A stretch of 64,000 nucleotides of DNA from Woeseiaceae bacterium. GTDB lineage: Bacteria; Pseudomonadota; Gammaproteobacteria; Steroidobacterales; Woeseiaceae. The stretch is from NCBI GenBank assembly GCA_030065985.1, contig JASJCM010000012.1, forward strand, positions 136 to 64,135, given 5' to 3'. A program made the position numbers and the translations under genes. Below are positions 48,322 through 57,679 of the stretch, piece after piece (the stretch's first letter is position 1; every line of letters starts with the position of its first letter). The notes below the pieces were generated by a model. The model had not been told where the DNA came from. It saw only the letters and a program-made list of their open reading frames with translations, and ran no database searches.

Positions 48322-49290
48322 CTAACCGTGAACCTGGCCAAACAGGCGAATTCGACTCACACCGCCGTCCGGGTAAATCGACATCCGGACATGGCTGACA
48401 TCGCCGATGTCGTTGAGCACATCGTCGAAGTAGTGTTGCTGGTCCATCTTGAGCCTGGCCTCCGGCAGCAGCGTCTGCCACTTCGGCGAATCGTTGCTCG
48501 CGTCTTCATCCGACTCGAACAGTGCGGCTTCCAGCGACACTCGATCAGGGTAGTTTCCCTTGAAGTGCGCCGTGTCGATCTCGGCACGTTCGATGGTGGC
48601 GGGCCGCCCAAGAGCAATGATGACCCAATCGTTGCCGGGGCCGCGGCGCCGCGCCGTCTCCCAGCCATCTCCCATGTTCAGACCGCGCCCTGGCGCAGTC
48701 AGGTTGTGCACGCTACCGTAGTGCTCGTCGCTGCACGCGATCGGTCGGCCACCATGCTCAACGGCTGCCAGGTCGACATAGCCGTCGATACCCGTGAAGT
48801 CCGCACGCACTTCGCCGAAGACGCGGAGCCTGGCTACGCCGCCATCGGGATAGATATGCAGCCTGACGTGCGTGAAGATCATGTCGCTACGTACATCAAG
48901 ATAATGATGTGCGTTGCCGGACGTCGGAGTCTTCGGCACCAGCTCGATCCAGCCGTCATCGGGTTCATCGGTATCGCTGACGCACCCCTCTATCGAGATC
49001 TTCGGTGCATAGTTGCCTGTGAAGTGACTCGTATCGACATCGAAACCGTGGATGATGCCCGGCACGCCGAGCCGCACGATGCACCAGTCATGCCCTGGCT
49101 CTCGTTTGCGGCGACTCTCCCAGCCGTCCATCCACTTGCCGTGGTCGTCATACTTGTCTTCGATAAACACCGGCTCAGCAGGATCGATCAGGCGTTCCTT
49201 CGCGCCGAAAAAATCATCGGTCGCGAACGTAACCCGTGAACCGAGTCGCGGATGCTCGAGTTGCACCCATTTGCGAACCTCATGACTCAT
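48322..49290 (-). CDS. alc: allantoicase
   Basis: 322 aa. Two internal allantoicase repeats (..FTGNYAP../..FKGNYPD..). Confidence 0.85.
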   Translation of the reverse strand: MSHEVRKWVQLEHPRLGSRVTFATDDFFGAKERLIDPAEPVFIEDKYDDHGKWMDGWESRRKREPGHDWCIVRLGVPGIIHGFDVDTSHFTGNYAPKISIEGCVSDTDEPDDGWIELVPKTPTSGNAHHYLDVRSDMIFTHVRLHIYPDGGVARLRVFGEVRADFTGIDGYVDLAAVEHGGRPIACSDEHYGSVHNLTAPGRGLNMGDGWETARRRGPGNDWVIIALGRPATIERAEIDTAHFKGNYPDRVSLEAALFESDEDASNDSPKWQTLLPEARLKMDQQHYFDDVLNDIGDVSHVRMSIYPDGGVSRIRLFGQVHG

Positions 49291-49778
49291 GCGTTGCCCT
49301 CCATCGCCTCGAGGCGCAGGCGCGCAATCTTGTGAATCTCCTCGAGTGCCGTCTCAAATTCGAGATCGTAATCGTTCTTCAGGCGCGCGCTGAACGCGTC
49401 GAGAATTTCGTCACGACTACTGTCCCGAACCGCCATGACAAACGGGAAGCCGAACTTGTTCTTGTAGGCATCGTTCAGGGCCTGGAAGCGCTCATACTCG
49501 ACCTTCGAGCACTGGTCGAGTCCCGCGCTGGCCTGTTCCGCTGTTGAATCGGCCGTCAGTTCGCCCGCAATCTGCGCTTTGCCCGCGAGGTCGGGGTGCG
49601 CCCGGATCAGTGCGAGTTGCTGCTCAGACCCTGCGTTATCGACGCAATCGGCCATCAGCGTCGCGAGGCACTCGACATCGTCCGATTCGGCCGCAAGTGG
49701 CGCGACCTGCTCGGCAACCCATGGCGAGTGTTCGTAGATGCCGCCGTAGCGCGCAATGAAATCGTGTGTGTCCATCAT
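49287..49778 (-). CDS. uraD: 2-oxo-4-hydroxy-4-carboxy-5-ureidoimidazoline (OHCU) decarboxylase
   Basis: Start trimmed to the ATG at 49778, which forms an ATGA overlap with the puuE stop. Motifs YGGIYEHSPWVAE, IRAHPDLAG and FGFPFVMAV. Confidence 0.85.
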   Translation of the reverse strand: MMDTHDFIARYGGIYEHSPWVAEQVAPLAAESDDVECLATLMADCVDNAGSEQQLALIRAHPDLAGKAQIAGELTADSTAEQASAGLDQCSKVEYERFQALNDAYKNKFGFPFVMAVRDSSRDEILDAFSARLKNDYDLEFETALEEIHKIARLRLEAMEGNA

Positions 49779-50680
49779 GTTGTCGTTCCCGGCGGATGAT
49801 GTTCGCGCCAGTGGCGAGCGATGTCGAGACGGGTCGCAATCCAGACGTCGTCCTGCTTGCCGACGTAGTCGAGGAATTTCGCGACGGCTGCCGCGCGCCC
49901 GGGTCGGCCCGCAAGGCGGCAATGCAGACCAATCGACATCATGCGACCACCTTCTGCATGCAGCGTTCTGAACGTGTCCTTGAGGTAGCGCAGGAATTGC
50001 TTGCCGGTATTGAAACCCTGTGCCGTCGCGAATCGCATGTCATTGGCGTCGAGCGTATACGGCACCATCAGTTGCGGTTCGCCATGCGTCGTGTCCCAGT
50101 AAGGCAGGTCATCGGCATAAGTGTCCGCGTTGTAGACAAAGCCTCCCTCTTCCGCAACAAGGCGATGTGTATTCGGGCTACAGCGCCCGAGGTACCAGCC
50201 GAGCGGTCGCTCACCCGTCACCCGCTCGTGAATCGCGATCGCCTTGAGCAGATGATCACGCTCGGTATCTTCGTCGACGTGCTGGTAATCGACCCAGCGA
50301 TAGCCGTGACTTGCGATCTCCCAACCGGCGTCGCGCATTGCAGCGACGGCATCCGGGTTGCGCTCGAGCGCCATCGCCACGCCAAACACCGTTACTGGCA
50401 GACCGCGCTGCGTGAACAGGCGATGCAGGCGCCAGAATCCGGCCCTTGACCCGTATTCATAGATTGACTCCATGTTCATATGACGCTGCCCTTCGATCGG
50501 CTGGGCGCCAACGATTTCCGAGAGAAAAGCCTCGGATGCGGAGTCGCCGTGCAGCACACAATTCTCGCCGCCTTCTTCGAAGTTGATTACGAACTGCACC
50601 GCCGTCCGGGCACCGCCGGGCCACGCAGCGGCGGGTGGCGTGCGGCCGTAACCGCGCATGTCCCTTGGATAGTCGCTCAT
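49775..50680 (-). CDS. puuE: allantoinase PuuE (polysaccharide-deacetylase fold)
   Basis: Start trimmed to the ATG at 50680, which forms an ATGA overlap with the puuD stop. N-terminus MSDYPRDMRGYGRTPP..VQFVINFEEGGE. Confidence 0.85.
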   Translation of the reverse strand: MSDYPRDMRGYGRTPPAAAWPGGARTAVQFVINFEEGGENCVLHGDSASEAFLSEIVGAQPIEGQRHMNMESIYEYGSRAGFWRLHRLFTQRGLPVTVFGVAMALERNPDAVAAMRDAGWEIASHGYRWVDYQHVDEDTERDHLLKAIAIHERVTGERPLGWYLGRCSPNTHRLVAEEGGFVYNADTYADDLPYWDTTHGEPQLMVPYTLDANDMRFATAQGFNTGKQFLRYLKDTFRTLHAEGGRMMSIGLHCRLAGRPGRAAAVAKFLDYVGKQDDVWIATRLDIARHWREHHPPGTTT

Positions 50681-51867
50681 TCGGCGCCCCGCAGTTCCTG
50701 GTACCACATGTCGAGTATCTGCCGCTCTTCGTCCGTCATCGCCGTCAGGTTGCCAATCGGCATGACACGGGTAACAACAGCTTGCTGATAAATGCGGTCG
50801 GCGTCGTTAGTGATCTGTTCTTCGGTGTCGTACACGATGCCCAACGGCGCGACCGGGAATGCCGGGTGTACGGGGGCAGCGGAATGGCAGCTTGTGCAGC
50901 GCGCATTGACGACATTGCGGACCTGGTCAAACGATACGCTGCCCTCGCGGGTCTCGCCGGCACGCGGCGCGATCGCGATCGCTATGGCGGCCAGAATCAT
51001 GATGGCAACCGCGGCGGGCAGCAGGGACGCCTCGCCAGAGTGCCGGTTGACGAAGTAGATGCGGACCAACGCGCCTGCGAGCGCTATGCCAACGAGAATC
51101 AGCCAGTTGTACTCGTGACCATAGGCCATCGCGTAGTGGTTACTCGTCATGACAAACAGGACGGGCAACGTGAAATACGTGTTGTGCACCGACCGTTGCT
51201 TGGCGGTGATGCCGGGGCCCGGGTCAGGCGCCTCGCCACGCTCGGCTGCAGCGACCATCAGTTTCTGTCCCGGAATGATGACGAAGAACACGTTGGCGAC
51301 CATGATCGTGCCAAGGACGGCACCGAAATGCAGATAGGCGCCACGGCCACCGAAGAGCTCGCACAGCCCCCATGCGAGCGCGGCGGTCAGCACGAGCAGC
51401 ACGCCGGCAAACACACGCGTGTCATTAGCGAGCGGTGACTTGCAAAGCAGGTCATAGATCACCCACCCGCCAATAATGAACGCGATCGCGATGCCAACGG
51501 CGGCAGGAACAGACAAGTCGGCTACCGAGGGATCGATCAGGTAGATCTCTGCGCCGTACCAGTAGATGAGGGCAGTCAGGAAGATGCCGGACAGCCAGGT
51601 CGTGTATGCCTCCCACTTAAACCAGTGCAGCCTGTCCGGCAGGCGTGCAGGCGCTACCTTGTACTTCTGTGCGTGGTAGAAGCCGCCGCCGTGGACGGAC
51701 CAGACCTCACCGCCGACGCCCTTTTCATCGTCCGCTGCCTCCCGCGGCGCCTCGAGATGGTTATCGAGCCAGATGAAATAGAACGACGATCCTATCCACG
51801 CAACGCCGGCAATGAAATGCAGCCAGCGAATGAGCAGATTGAGCCAGTCGGCAATGTACGCTTCCAT
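50677..51867 (-). CDS. puuD: membrane-bound cytochrome c urate hydroxylase PuuD
   Basis: 396 aa, polytopic. N-terminus WLNLLIRWLHFIAGVAWIGSSFYFIWLDNHL. C-terminal heme c motif CTSCHS. Confidence 0.75.
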   Translation of the reverse strand: MEAYIADWLNLLIRWLHFIAGVAWIGSSFYFIWLDNHLEAPREAADDEKGVGGEVWSVHGGGFYHAQKYKVAPARLPDRLHWFKWEAYTTWLSGIFLTALIYWYGAEIYLIDPSVADLSVPAAVGIAIAFIIGGWVIYDLLCKSPLANDTRVFAGVLLVLTAALAWGLCELFGGRGAYLHFGAVLGTIMVANVFFVIIPGQKLMVAAAERGEAPDPGPGITAKQRSVHNTYFTLPVLFVMTSNHYAMAYGHEYNWLILVGIALAGALVRIYFVNRHSGEASLLPAAVAIMILAAIAIAIAPRAGETREGSVSFDQVRNVVNARCTSCHSAAPVHPAFPVAPLGIVYDTEEQITNDADRIYQQAVVTRVMPIGNLTAMTDEERQILDMWYQELRGAE

Positions 51868-51868
51868 G

Positions 51869-52912
51869 CTAACGACCTATCGGGTGCACGTTGTCCGGAT
51901 ACTCGGCCTCGGCCGATTGTGCGCGCTCGCGCAGCTTGAGGATCTCGGCGGCGACGGCAACCGCGATTTCCGCCGGTTTCTTGCCGTTGATGCCATCGAC
52001 GCCGATCGGGCAAACCAGTGAGTCGATGACATCCTGCGACATGCCCTGCTGCCGATACCGCTTCTCGAAGCGGCGGCGTTTGGTGACACTACCGATTAGC
52101 CCGCAGTAGTGCGCGTCGCCGCGCCGCAGAATACGATCGACGATATCGAAATCGAGCGCGTGACTGTGCGTCATAACGAGGTAGTAGCTGTCCGGGGGCA
52201 ATGCGGCCACCTCGAGAGCCGGCTCTGCCGACTCGATGGCACGCACATTACGGGGCACATCGCGGAAGATATTGCGACGGTTGTCGATCCAGCGAATATT
52301 GCAGTCGAGGCTCGCGAGCGCCGCAACGACCGCCGAACCGACATGCCCGGCGCCGAATACGGCGATGTTGAGATCCGGCATGACAGCCGGCTCATAGAAT
52401 TCCTGCACGTTACGTTGCGCCGACCGGTCGCCCGCCAGGATGTCCCGGGCTCGCGTCACCATCGCCTCATCAGCGCCGGCCTCGCCTTCGCCGAAGACCG
52501 CGTCCCGTGTCACAACGAATTTCGCCGGCGCCGATCGAGAGATGCGTGTCGCAACGATCGCCGGTTCGCGCTGCCCATAAAGCGCGCCGAGATCGCGCAG
52601 CCACGCCGGCATTCCACCCGCGATAGGTTCGAACAGTATTTCGACCACGCCACCACAGCATTGGCCCATTGATGAACCCAGCGGGAAACTGCGCAGCGCG
52701 AGCTGATCATCCTCGAGCATGTCGACCGCGACGCGGGTGCTTTGGTACTCGAGCTGACCGCCACCGATCGTCCCGATCGTCTCCGTGCGAGTCACAATCA
52801 TCTTCGCGCCAATCTCTCGTGGCGCTGAACCACGAATACCCGCGACCGTTACAAGCACGGCCGGCTCGTCCGCGGCGCTGAGATCGGTCAGTTCCTCGAT
52901 CCATTCATTCAT
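51869..52912 (-). CDS. xdhC: xanthine dehydrogenase accessory protein XdhC
   Basis: Start trimmed to MNEWIEEL (ATG at 52912, 8-nt overlap with xdhB). Contains VTVAGIRGSAPRE and a Rossmann motif AVFGAGHVG. Confidence 0.85.
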   Translation of the reverse strand: MNEWIEELTDLSAADEPAVLVTVAGIRGSAPREIGAKMIVTRTETIGTIGGGQLEYQSTRVAVDMLEDDQLALRSFPLGSSMGQCCGGVVEILFEPIAGGMPAWLRDLGALYGQREPAIVATRISRSAPAKFVVTRDAVFGEGEAGADEAMVTRARDILAGDRSAQRNVQEFYEPAVMPDLNIAVFGAGHVGSAVVAALASLDCNIRWIDNRRNIFRDVPRNVRAIESAEPALEVAALPPDSYYLVMTHSHALDFDIVDRILRRGDAHYCGLIGSVTKRRRFEKRYRQQGMSQDVIDSLVCPIGVDGINGKKPAEIAVAVAAEILKLRERAQSAEAEYPDNVHPIGR

Positions 52913-55193
52913 TGGGATCTTCCTGCAGAGCCCGCAGAATCGACTCTGGTGTTGCCGGCGCCCGGAGATCGGGCAGCGGTCGATCTTCAGTCGCCAGCGC
53001 GTCGCGCAACGCATGAAACGCGGAAAGCGCCAGCATGAACGGCGGTTCCCCAACAGCCTTCGAGCGGTAGATCGTCTTTTCGGTGTTTGCGTGGTCGCGA
53101 GTCAACTCAACCCGAAAATCGGGCGCGAGGTCCGAGCAGGTCGGAATCTTGTAAGTTGACGGCGCATGCGTGCCCAGCTCACCGCGGTCGTTCCACCACA
53201 GCTCTTCGGTCGTGAGCCAACCAACCCCCTGAACGTAACCACCTTCGACCTGGCCAAGATCGATAGCCGGGTTCAGCGAGTCGCCGCAGTCATGGAGAAT
53301 GTCGACGCGCAGGATGCGATGCTCGCCCGTCAATGTATCGACAATGACCTCGGTGACTGCAGCGCCCCAAGCGTAGTAGAAGAACGGCCGCCCGCTGAAC
53401 GTGCTGCGGTCGTAGTTGATCTTGGGCGTGCGGTAGTAGCCCGCTGCCGACAGGGACAGACGGGCGGCCCAGGCTTCGCAGACGAGCTCAGGAAAATCGA
53501 CGATGCGCTCGGCGATGTAGACCTTGTTGCTGCGGAAGTCGACCTCGGCTTCGGAGATGCCGTACTTGTGGGCGGCGAATGCCGTAAGGCGCTTGCGGAT
53601 CTTGGCGGCTGCTTTCTGCGCTGCCTTGCCGTTCATGTCAGAGCCACTCGACGCCGCTGTCGCAGAAGCGTTTGGTACTTTGCTCGTATCGGCAGCCGTG
53701 GTGCGCACCTTGTCGATCGTGACGCCGAGCTCATCAGCAACGATTTGCGCGACCTTGATATAAAGGCCCTGCCCCATCTCGGTACCACCGTGATTGAGCA
53801 TTACCGTGCCGTCCTTGTAGAGATGCACGAGCGCGCCAGCCTGGTTGAGCATCGTATTCGTAAACGAGATGCCAAATTTCACGGGCGTTATTGCTATACC
53901 GCGTCGCAGCACCCGGTTCGAAGCATTGAATTCGCGGATCTCGGCGCGCCGTTTCGCGTAGTCGCTGCTTTCGAGCAACCGATCGAACAGCGTCTCGGCA
54001 TAGTTCTCTGCGACAACCTGGTGATAGTGCGTGACGTTGCGTTCGTCCTCACCGTAGAAATTGCGGCGCCTTACCTCGAGCGGATCCTTGCCGAGCGTGC
54101 GCGCAATGTCCTCAATGACGTGCTCGATCGCGAACATGCCCTGCGGCCCGCCGAAACCGCGGAACGCCGTGTTCGACACCGTGTTCGTCTTGCAGCGATG
54201 CGACAGGATACGCACGTTCTCGAGGAAATACGCGTTGTCACAATGGAACATGGCCCGGTCGCTGATCGGACCGGACAGATCGGCCGACATGCCACACCGC
54301 GCTGCGAACTCGAAATCGATACCGAGAATACGTCCCGTGTCGTCGAACCCGACGTCATAGTCGATAACAAAGTCGTGGCGCTTACCCGTCATGACCATGT
54401 CATCGTCACGATCCAGTCGCAGCTTGCACGGTCGGCCTGTCTTGTCTGCCGCGATCGCGGCAATGGTCGCGATCAACGACGCCTGGCTTTCCTTGCCCCC
54501 GAAAGCGCCGCCTATGCGACGGCAGATAACGACGATGTCCTTTGCGTCGCGGCAAGTTGCGTGCGCAATGATCGCTTGCACTTCGTCGGGATGCTGCGTC
54601 GAGCTGTAAACGAGCATGCCACCGTCTTCCTGGGGCAATGCCATCGCGACATGGCCCTCCAGATAGAAATGGTCCTGACCGCCAACGTACAAACGATCCT
54701 GCTTGCGATACGGCGACTGTTCGAGCGCAGTATCCGGTTCGCCTCGCACGAGCGTCTCACTCGGTAGAACGAAGGACCCTTTCTCGACGGCGGTCAGAGG
54801 GTCGAAGATGGCTTCGAGTTCGTCGCAGGCGATGTCGGCTTTGCGTGCCGCCTTGCGCGCCGCGTCGACCGACATTGCGGCGACGGCAAAGACCGGCTGG
54901 CCGACATACTGTACGACGTCACCGGCGAAAACCGGATCGTCTTTGACGATACACCCATAATTGTTCTCGCCCGGAATATCCACGGATGTGCAGACGTCGA
55001 CAACGCCCTCCGCTGCCAGCACGGCGGACAGATCCACGTCTCGGATTCGGCCATGCGCAATCGTGCTCATACCGACCGCGAGATGCAGCAAGTCACGAGG
55101 TTCCGGCAGGTCATCCGTATAGGCCGCCTGGCCGGAGACATGCAGATGTGCGCTGTCGTGAGGCAGCGGTCTGCCGACAGCCCTAGCGTCCAT
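52905..55193 (-). CDS. xdhB: xanthine dehydrogenase molybdopterin-binding large subunit
   Basis: Start trimmed to MDARAVGRPLPHDSAHLHVSGQAAYTDD (ATG at 55193). Motifs GGAFGGKE and RGFGGPQG. Confidence 0.9.
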   Translation of the reverse strand: MDARAVGRPLPHDSAHLHVSGQAAYTDDLPEPRDLLHLAVGMSTIAHGRIRDVDLSAVLAAEGVVDVCTSVDIPGENNYGCIVKDDPVFAGDVVQYVGQPVFAVAAMSVDAARKAARKADIACDELEAIFDPLTAVEKGSFVLPSETLVRGEPDTALEQSPYRKQDRLYVGGQDHFYLEGHVAMALPQEDGGMLVYSSTQHPDEVQAIIAHATCRDAKDIVVICRRIGGAFGGKESQASLIATIAAIAADKTGRPCKLRLDRDDDMVMTGKRHDFVIDYDVGFDDTGRILGIDFEFAARCGMSADLSGPISDRAMFHCDNAYFLENVRILSHRCKTNTVSNTAFRGFGGPQGMFAIEHVIEDIARTLGKDPLEVRRRNFYGEDERNVTHYHQVVAENYAETLFDRLLESSDYAKRRAEIREFNASNRVLRRGIAITPVKFGISFTNTMLNQAGALVHLYKDGTVMLNHGGTEMGQGLYIKVAQIVADELGVTIDKVRTTAADTSKVPNASATAASSGSDMNGKAAQKAAAKIRKRLTAFAAHKYGISEAEVDFRSNKVYIAERIVDFPELVCEAWAARLSLSAAGYYRTPKINYDRSTFSGRPFFYYAWGAAVTEVIVDTLTGEHRILRVDILHDCGDSLNPAIDLGQVEGGYVQGVGWLTTEELWWNDRGELGTHAPSTYKIPTCSDLAPDFRVELTRDHANTEKTIYRSKAVGEPPFMLALSAFHALRDALATEDRPLPDLRAPATPESILRALQEDPNE

Positions 55194-56631
55194 AGTTGTA
55201 CACCGTCGTTTCGACTTCGCCCTGTGTTTCAAGCCAGAATCGTCGCAGAAGATTTTGCACCGCAACCAGGCGGAAATCGGCAGACGCCCGCATGTCGGTG
55301 ATCGGAGTGAAGTCCTCCGCTAGTGCTTTGCAGGCTGCTTCGATCGTCGCTTCGTTCCACGTCGCCCCAGTCACGGCGGCTTCGCAACGTTCGGCTCTCT
55401 GAACAGTCGCTGCCAGACCGCCGCAAGCCATGCGGAAATTGGCGACCTTGTCACCATCAAGCCGCAGACGATAGGCCGTGCAAACGGCCGAAATATCCTG
55501 ATCGAAACGCTTCGACCACTTCTGACTGCTGACGATGACACCGTCTTCGGCCAACGGAACGCGAATGCGTGCGAGGAACTCGCCAGGCTGTAAATCGTTA
55601 ACCTGGTAGTCGTGATAGAACTTGTCGAGCGACAGCTCGCGTTCGCTAAAACCGCGTTGCAGCACAAGTGATGCGCCGACCACCATGAGCGCCGGCATTG
55701 AATCACCGATGGGCGAGCCGTTGGCTATATTGCCGCCAAGCGTGCCGGCATTGCGGATCGGTGGCGAGGCATAGCGCTGGAACATCTCCGTCAGACCCGG
55801 ATATTGCTCGAGCAGCGCAGGAATCGCGTTCGTAAGAGTTACCGCAGCGCCGATTTCGAGGTGCGTGCCGGTCACCTCGACGTCGAGCATTTCCGCGACT
55901 TTGCCCGAATAGATGATTGTGCCGAGATCGCGATGCTGCTTCGTGACCCAGAGACCGATATCGGTTCCACCCGCGAGGATCGTCGCATCGGGATACTTTC
56001 CGTACAGTTTTGCAAACGTCACAATATCCTTGGGCGCATAGAAGTCACTGTCGCCGCAATCGATACCGAGGTTTTCGTCCCGCGCGATCTCGCGCAGCGT
56101 CTTGCTGTGCGCTGCCGCATCCCAGTTATCACCCTCGCCTGCCATCTTCTGCGCGGCAGCAACGATTGGCCGATATCCCGTGCACCGGCAGAGGTTGCCG
56201 GACAGCGCGTCATCGATTTCGCGACGGGTTGGCTTCGGATTGTTTCGGTACAGCTCGTACAGCGACATAACGAATCCAGGTGTGCAGAAACCACACTGCG
56301 AACCGTGCTCGTCAACCAGTGCCTGCTGCACCGGGTGCAAGGCTCCGTCTTCCCCGCGCAGACCCTCCACCGTGATGAGCTCTTTGCCATCGAGCGTCGG
56401 GAGAAACTGAATACACGAGTTGATAGTACGTGCCTCGACGCCGTCGCCACTGCTGTCGACCTCGACGACCACAACCGTGCAGGCGCCGCAGTCACCTTCC
56501 GCGCAGCCTTCCTTGGTACCGGTGAGGCGCAGATCCTCGCGCAGGAACTGCAGCACGGTGCGCGTCGGATCCGTGACGATGGTCTCGATGACCTCGCCGT
56601 TGAGTACAAAGCGAATCGTGCCGGCCGTCAT
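55183..56631 (-). CDS. xdhA: xanthine dehydrogenase small subunit (2x 2Fe-2S + FAD)
   Basis: Start trimmed to MTAGTIRFVLNGE (ATG at 56631). Motifs GCAEGDCGACTV and CRCTGY, plus an FAD-binding domain. Confidence 0.9.
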   Translation of the reverse strand: MTAGTIRFVLNGEVIETIVTDPTRTVLQFLREDLRLTGTKEGCAEGDCGACTVVVVEVDSSGDGVEARTINSCIQFLPTLDGKELITVEGLRGEDGALHPVQQALVDEHGSQCGFCTPGFVMSLYELYRNNPKPTRREIDDALSGNLCRCTGYRPIVAAAQKMAGEGDNWDAAAHSKTLREIARDENLGIDCGDSDFYAPKDIVTFAKLYGKYPDATILAGGTDIGLWVTKQHRDLGTIIYSGKVAEMLDVEVTGTHLEIGAAVTLTNAIPALLEQYPGLTEMFQRYASPPIRNAGTLGGNIANGSPIGDSMPALMVVGASLVLQRGFSERELSLDKFYHDYQVNDLQPGEFLARIRVPLAEDGVIVSSQKWSKRFDQDISAVCTAYRLRLDGDKVANFRMACGGLAATVQRAERCEAAVTGATWNEATIEAACKALAEDFTPITDMRASADFRLVAVQNLLRRFWLETQGEVETTVYNYGR

Positions 56632-56635
56632 TTCT

Positions 56636-56983
56636 TCAGCTACCTCGGTATGTCGAGTAGGACCAGGGAGATGCGAGCAGCGGCACATGGTAATCCTCGG
56701 CCGAATTAACGGCGAAGCGAATCACTACCGTGTCAAGAAATGCCGGGTCGGCAAGGGTCACGCCGCGGCCCCGGAAATAGACGCCGATGTCGAACTCGAG
56801 TTCGTAGGTCCCGGTGACAAAGACCTCATCCTCAAGCAACGGATAAGGCGTTCGTCCGTCTTCGTTCGTGGTCGCGCTCGCGAGAAGTTCGCGAGTATCG
56901 CGCACACTGAAAAGTCTTACGTCGACATTCGCCGCCGGCCCCCCGTGTGACGTATCGAGAATGTGCGTCGTCAATCGACCCAT
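56636..56983 (-). CDS. uraH: 5-hydroxyisourate hydrolase (transthyretin-like)
   Basis: Start trimmed to MGRLTTHILDTSHGGPA (ATG at 56983, after a GGGGG run). C-terminal signature YSTYRGS. Confidence 0.88.
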   Translation of the reverse strand: MGRLTTHILDTSHGGPAANVDVRLFSVRDTRELLASATTNEDGRTPYPLLEDEVFVTGTYELEFDIGVYFRGRGVTLADPAFLDTVVIRFAVNSAEDYHVPLLASPWSYSTYRGS

Positions 56984-57097
56984 TCTGCCCCCTTTATTCA
57001 CATCGTCTTGTTGCGATCGATTATACGCTGAAGGCGGCACTGCGCGGGCCTTCTGCCTGTGGTAGTTTGATCGAAAGAACAAGAACGGGGGGCTCGG

Positions 57098-57679
57098 ATG
57101 AAGAACTCCGACGCGATATCCAGACGTGGGTTTCTGAGGTCAGCCGGCGCGCTGGCCGGCTCGTCGCTGTTTCGACTAAGCGGAACGTCCCTGGCGGCAA
57201 TCGCGCAGGCCGCCTGCTCCGCGCGCGACGACGCGGCCGCGTTTGTGACGCTCGATAAGGCCGAGGCACGAGACTATGCCGCCGCAATTGCCCGGCTGAT
57301 ACCAACCACCGATACGCCGGGCGCCGGCGATGCCGGCGTGATCTGGTTTTGGGACAACGTCCTCGGCAATTACTACGCCCATCTTCTTGAGCCCGTGCGT
57401 GGCCTTCGCGACCGGCTGCTCACTGAGACTGATGGTCGTTTTGCGGATCTCGACGCGGATTCTCAAGATGCGGCTCTCAAGGCAATCGAAGACGACGGTC
57501 GATTCGAAATCTGGCGCATCCTGACGTTCTTTGGTTTCTTTGCGATGGCAAAGCACGGTGGCAACAAAGACCATCTGAGCTGGGACCTGGTCGGCTACAA
57601 CGGTCACCATGCCGCCTGGCAGCCGCCTTTCGGGTATTACGATGCCGAATACCTGAAGGAGCGCGCCGATGACGGGTAA
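57098..57679 (+). CDS. gluconate 2-dehydrogenase subunit-3-like small subunit, Tat signal
   Basis: 193 aa. Twin-arginine signal SRRGFLRSAGALAG. Directly precedes, and overlaps, the GMC flavoprotein gene. Confidence 0.75.
   Translation: MKNSDAISRRGFLRSAGALAGSSLFRLSGTSLAAIAQAACSARDDAAAFVTLDKAEARDYAAAIARLIPTTDTPGAGDAGVIWFWDNVLGNYYAHLLEPVRGLRDRLLTETDGRFADLDADSQDAALKAIEDDGRFEIWRILTFFGFFAMAKHGGNKDHLSWDLVGYNGHHAAWQPPFGYYDAEYLKERADDG

Noticed and set aside
46796-49239. Plus-strand ORFs 46796-47662 (288 aa) and 48328-49239 (303 aa), antisense to guaD and the allantoicase gene.
   Set aside because: The minus frames carry diagnostic amidohydrolase and allantoicase-repeat motifs. The plus frames have none.
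51869-53053. Long N-terminal extensions in the ORF track. Examples are xdhC from 53053, xdhB from 55265, xdhA from 56688, uraH from 57082, hutH from 21283, fdsB from 9652 and uraD from 49922.
   Set aside because: The extensions are Arg/Cys/Pro-rich and overlap the upstream gene extensively. Internal ATG/GTG codons sit exactly at the upstream stop or after an RBS, and they give N-termini typical of each family.
53166-56709. Plus-strand ORFs 53166-54767 (533 aa) and 55804-56709 (301 aa), antisense to xdhB and xdhA.
   Set aside because: They are shadow ORFs opposite clearly identified xanthine dehydrogenase subunits.
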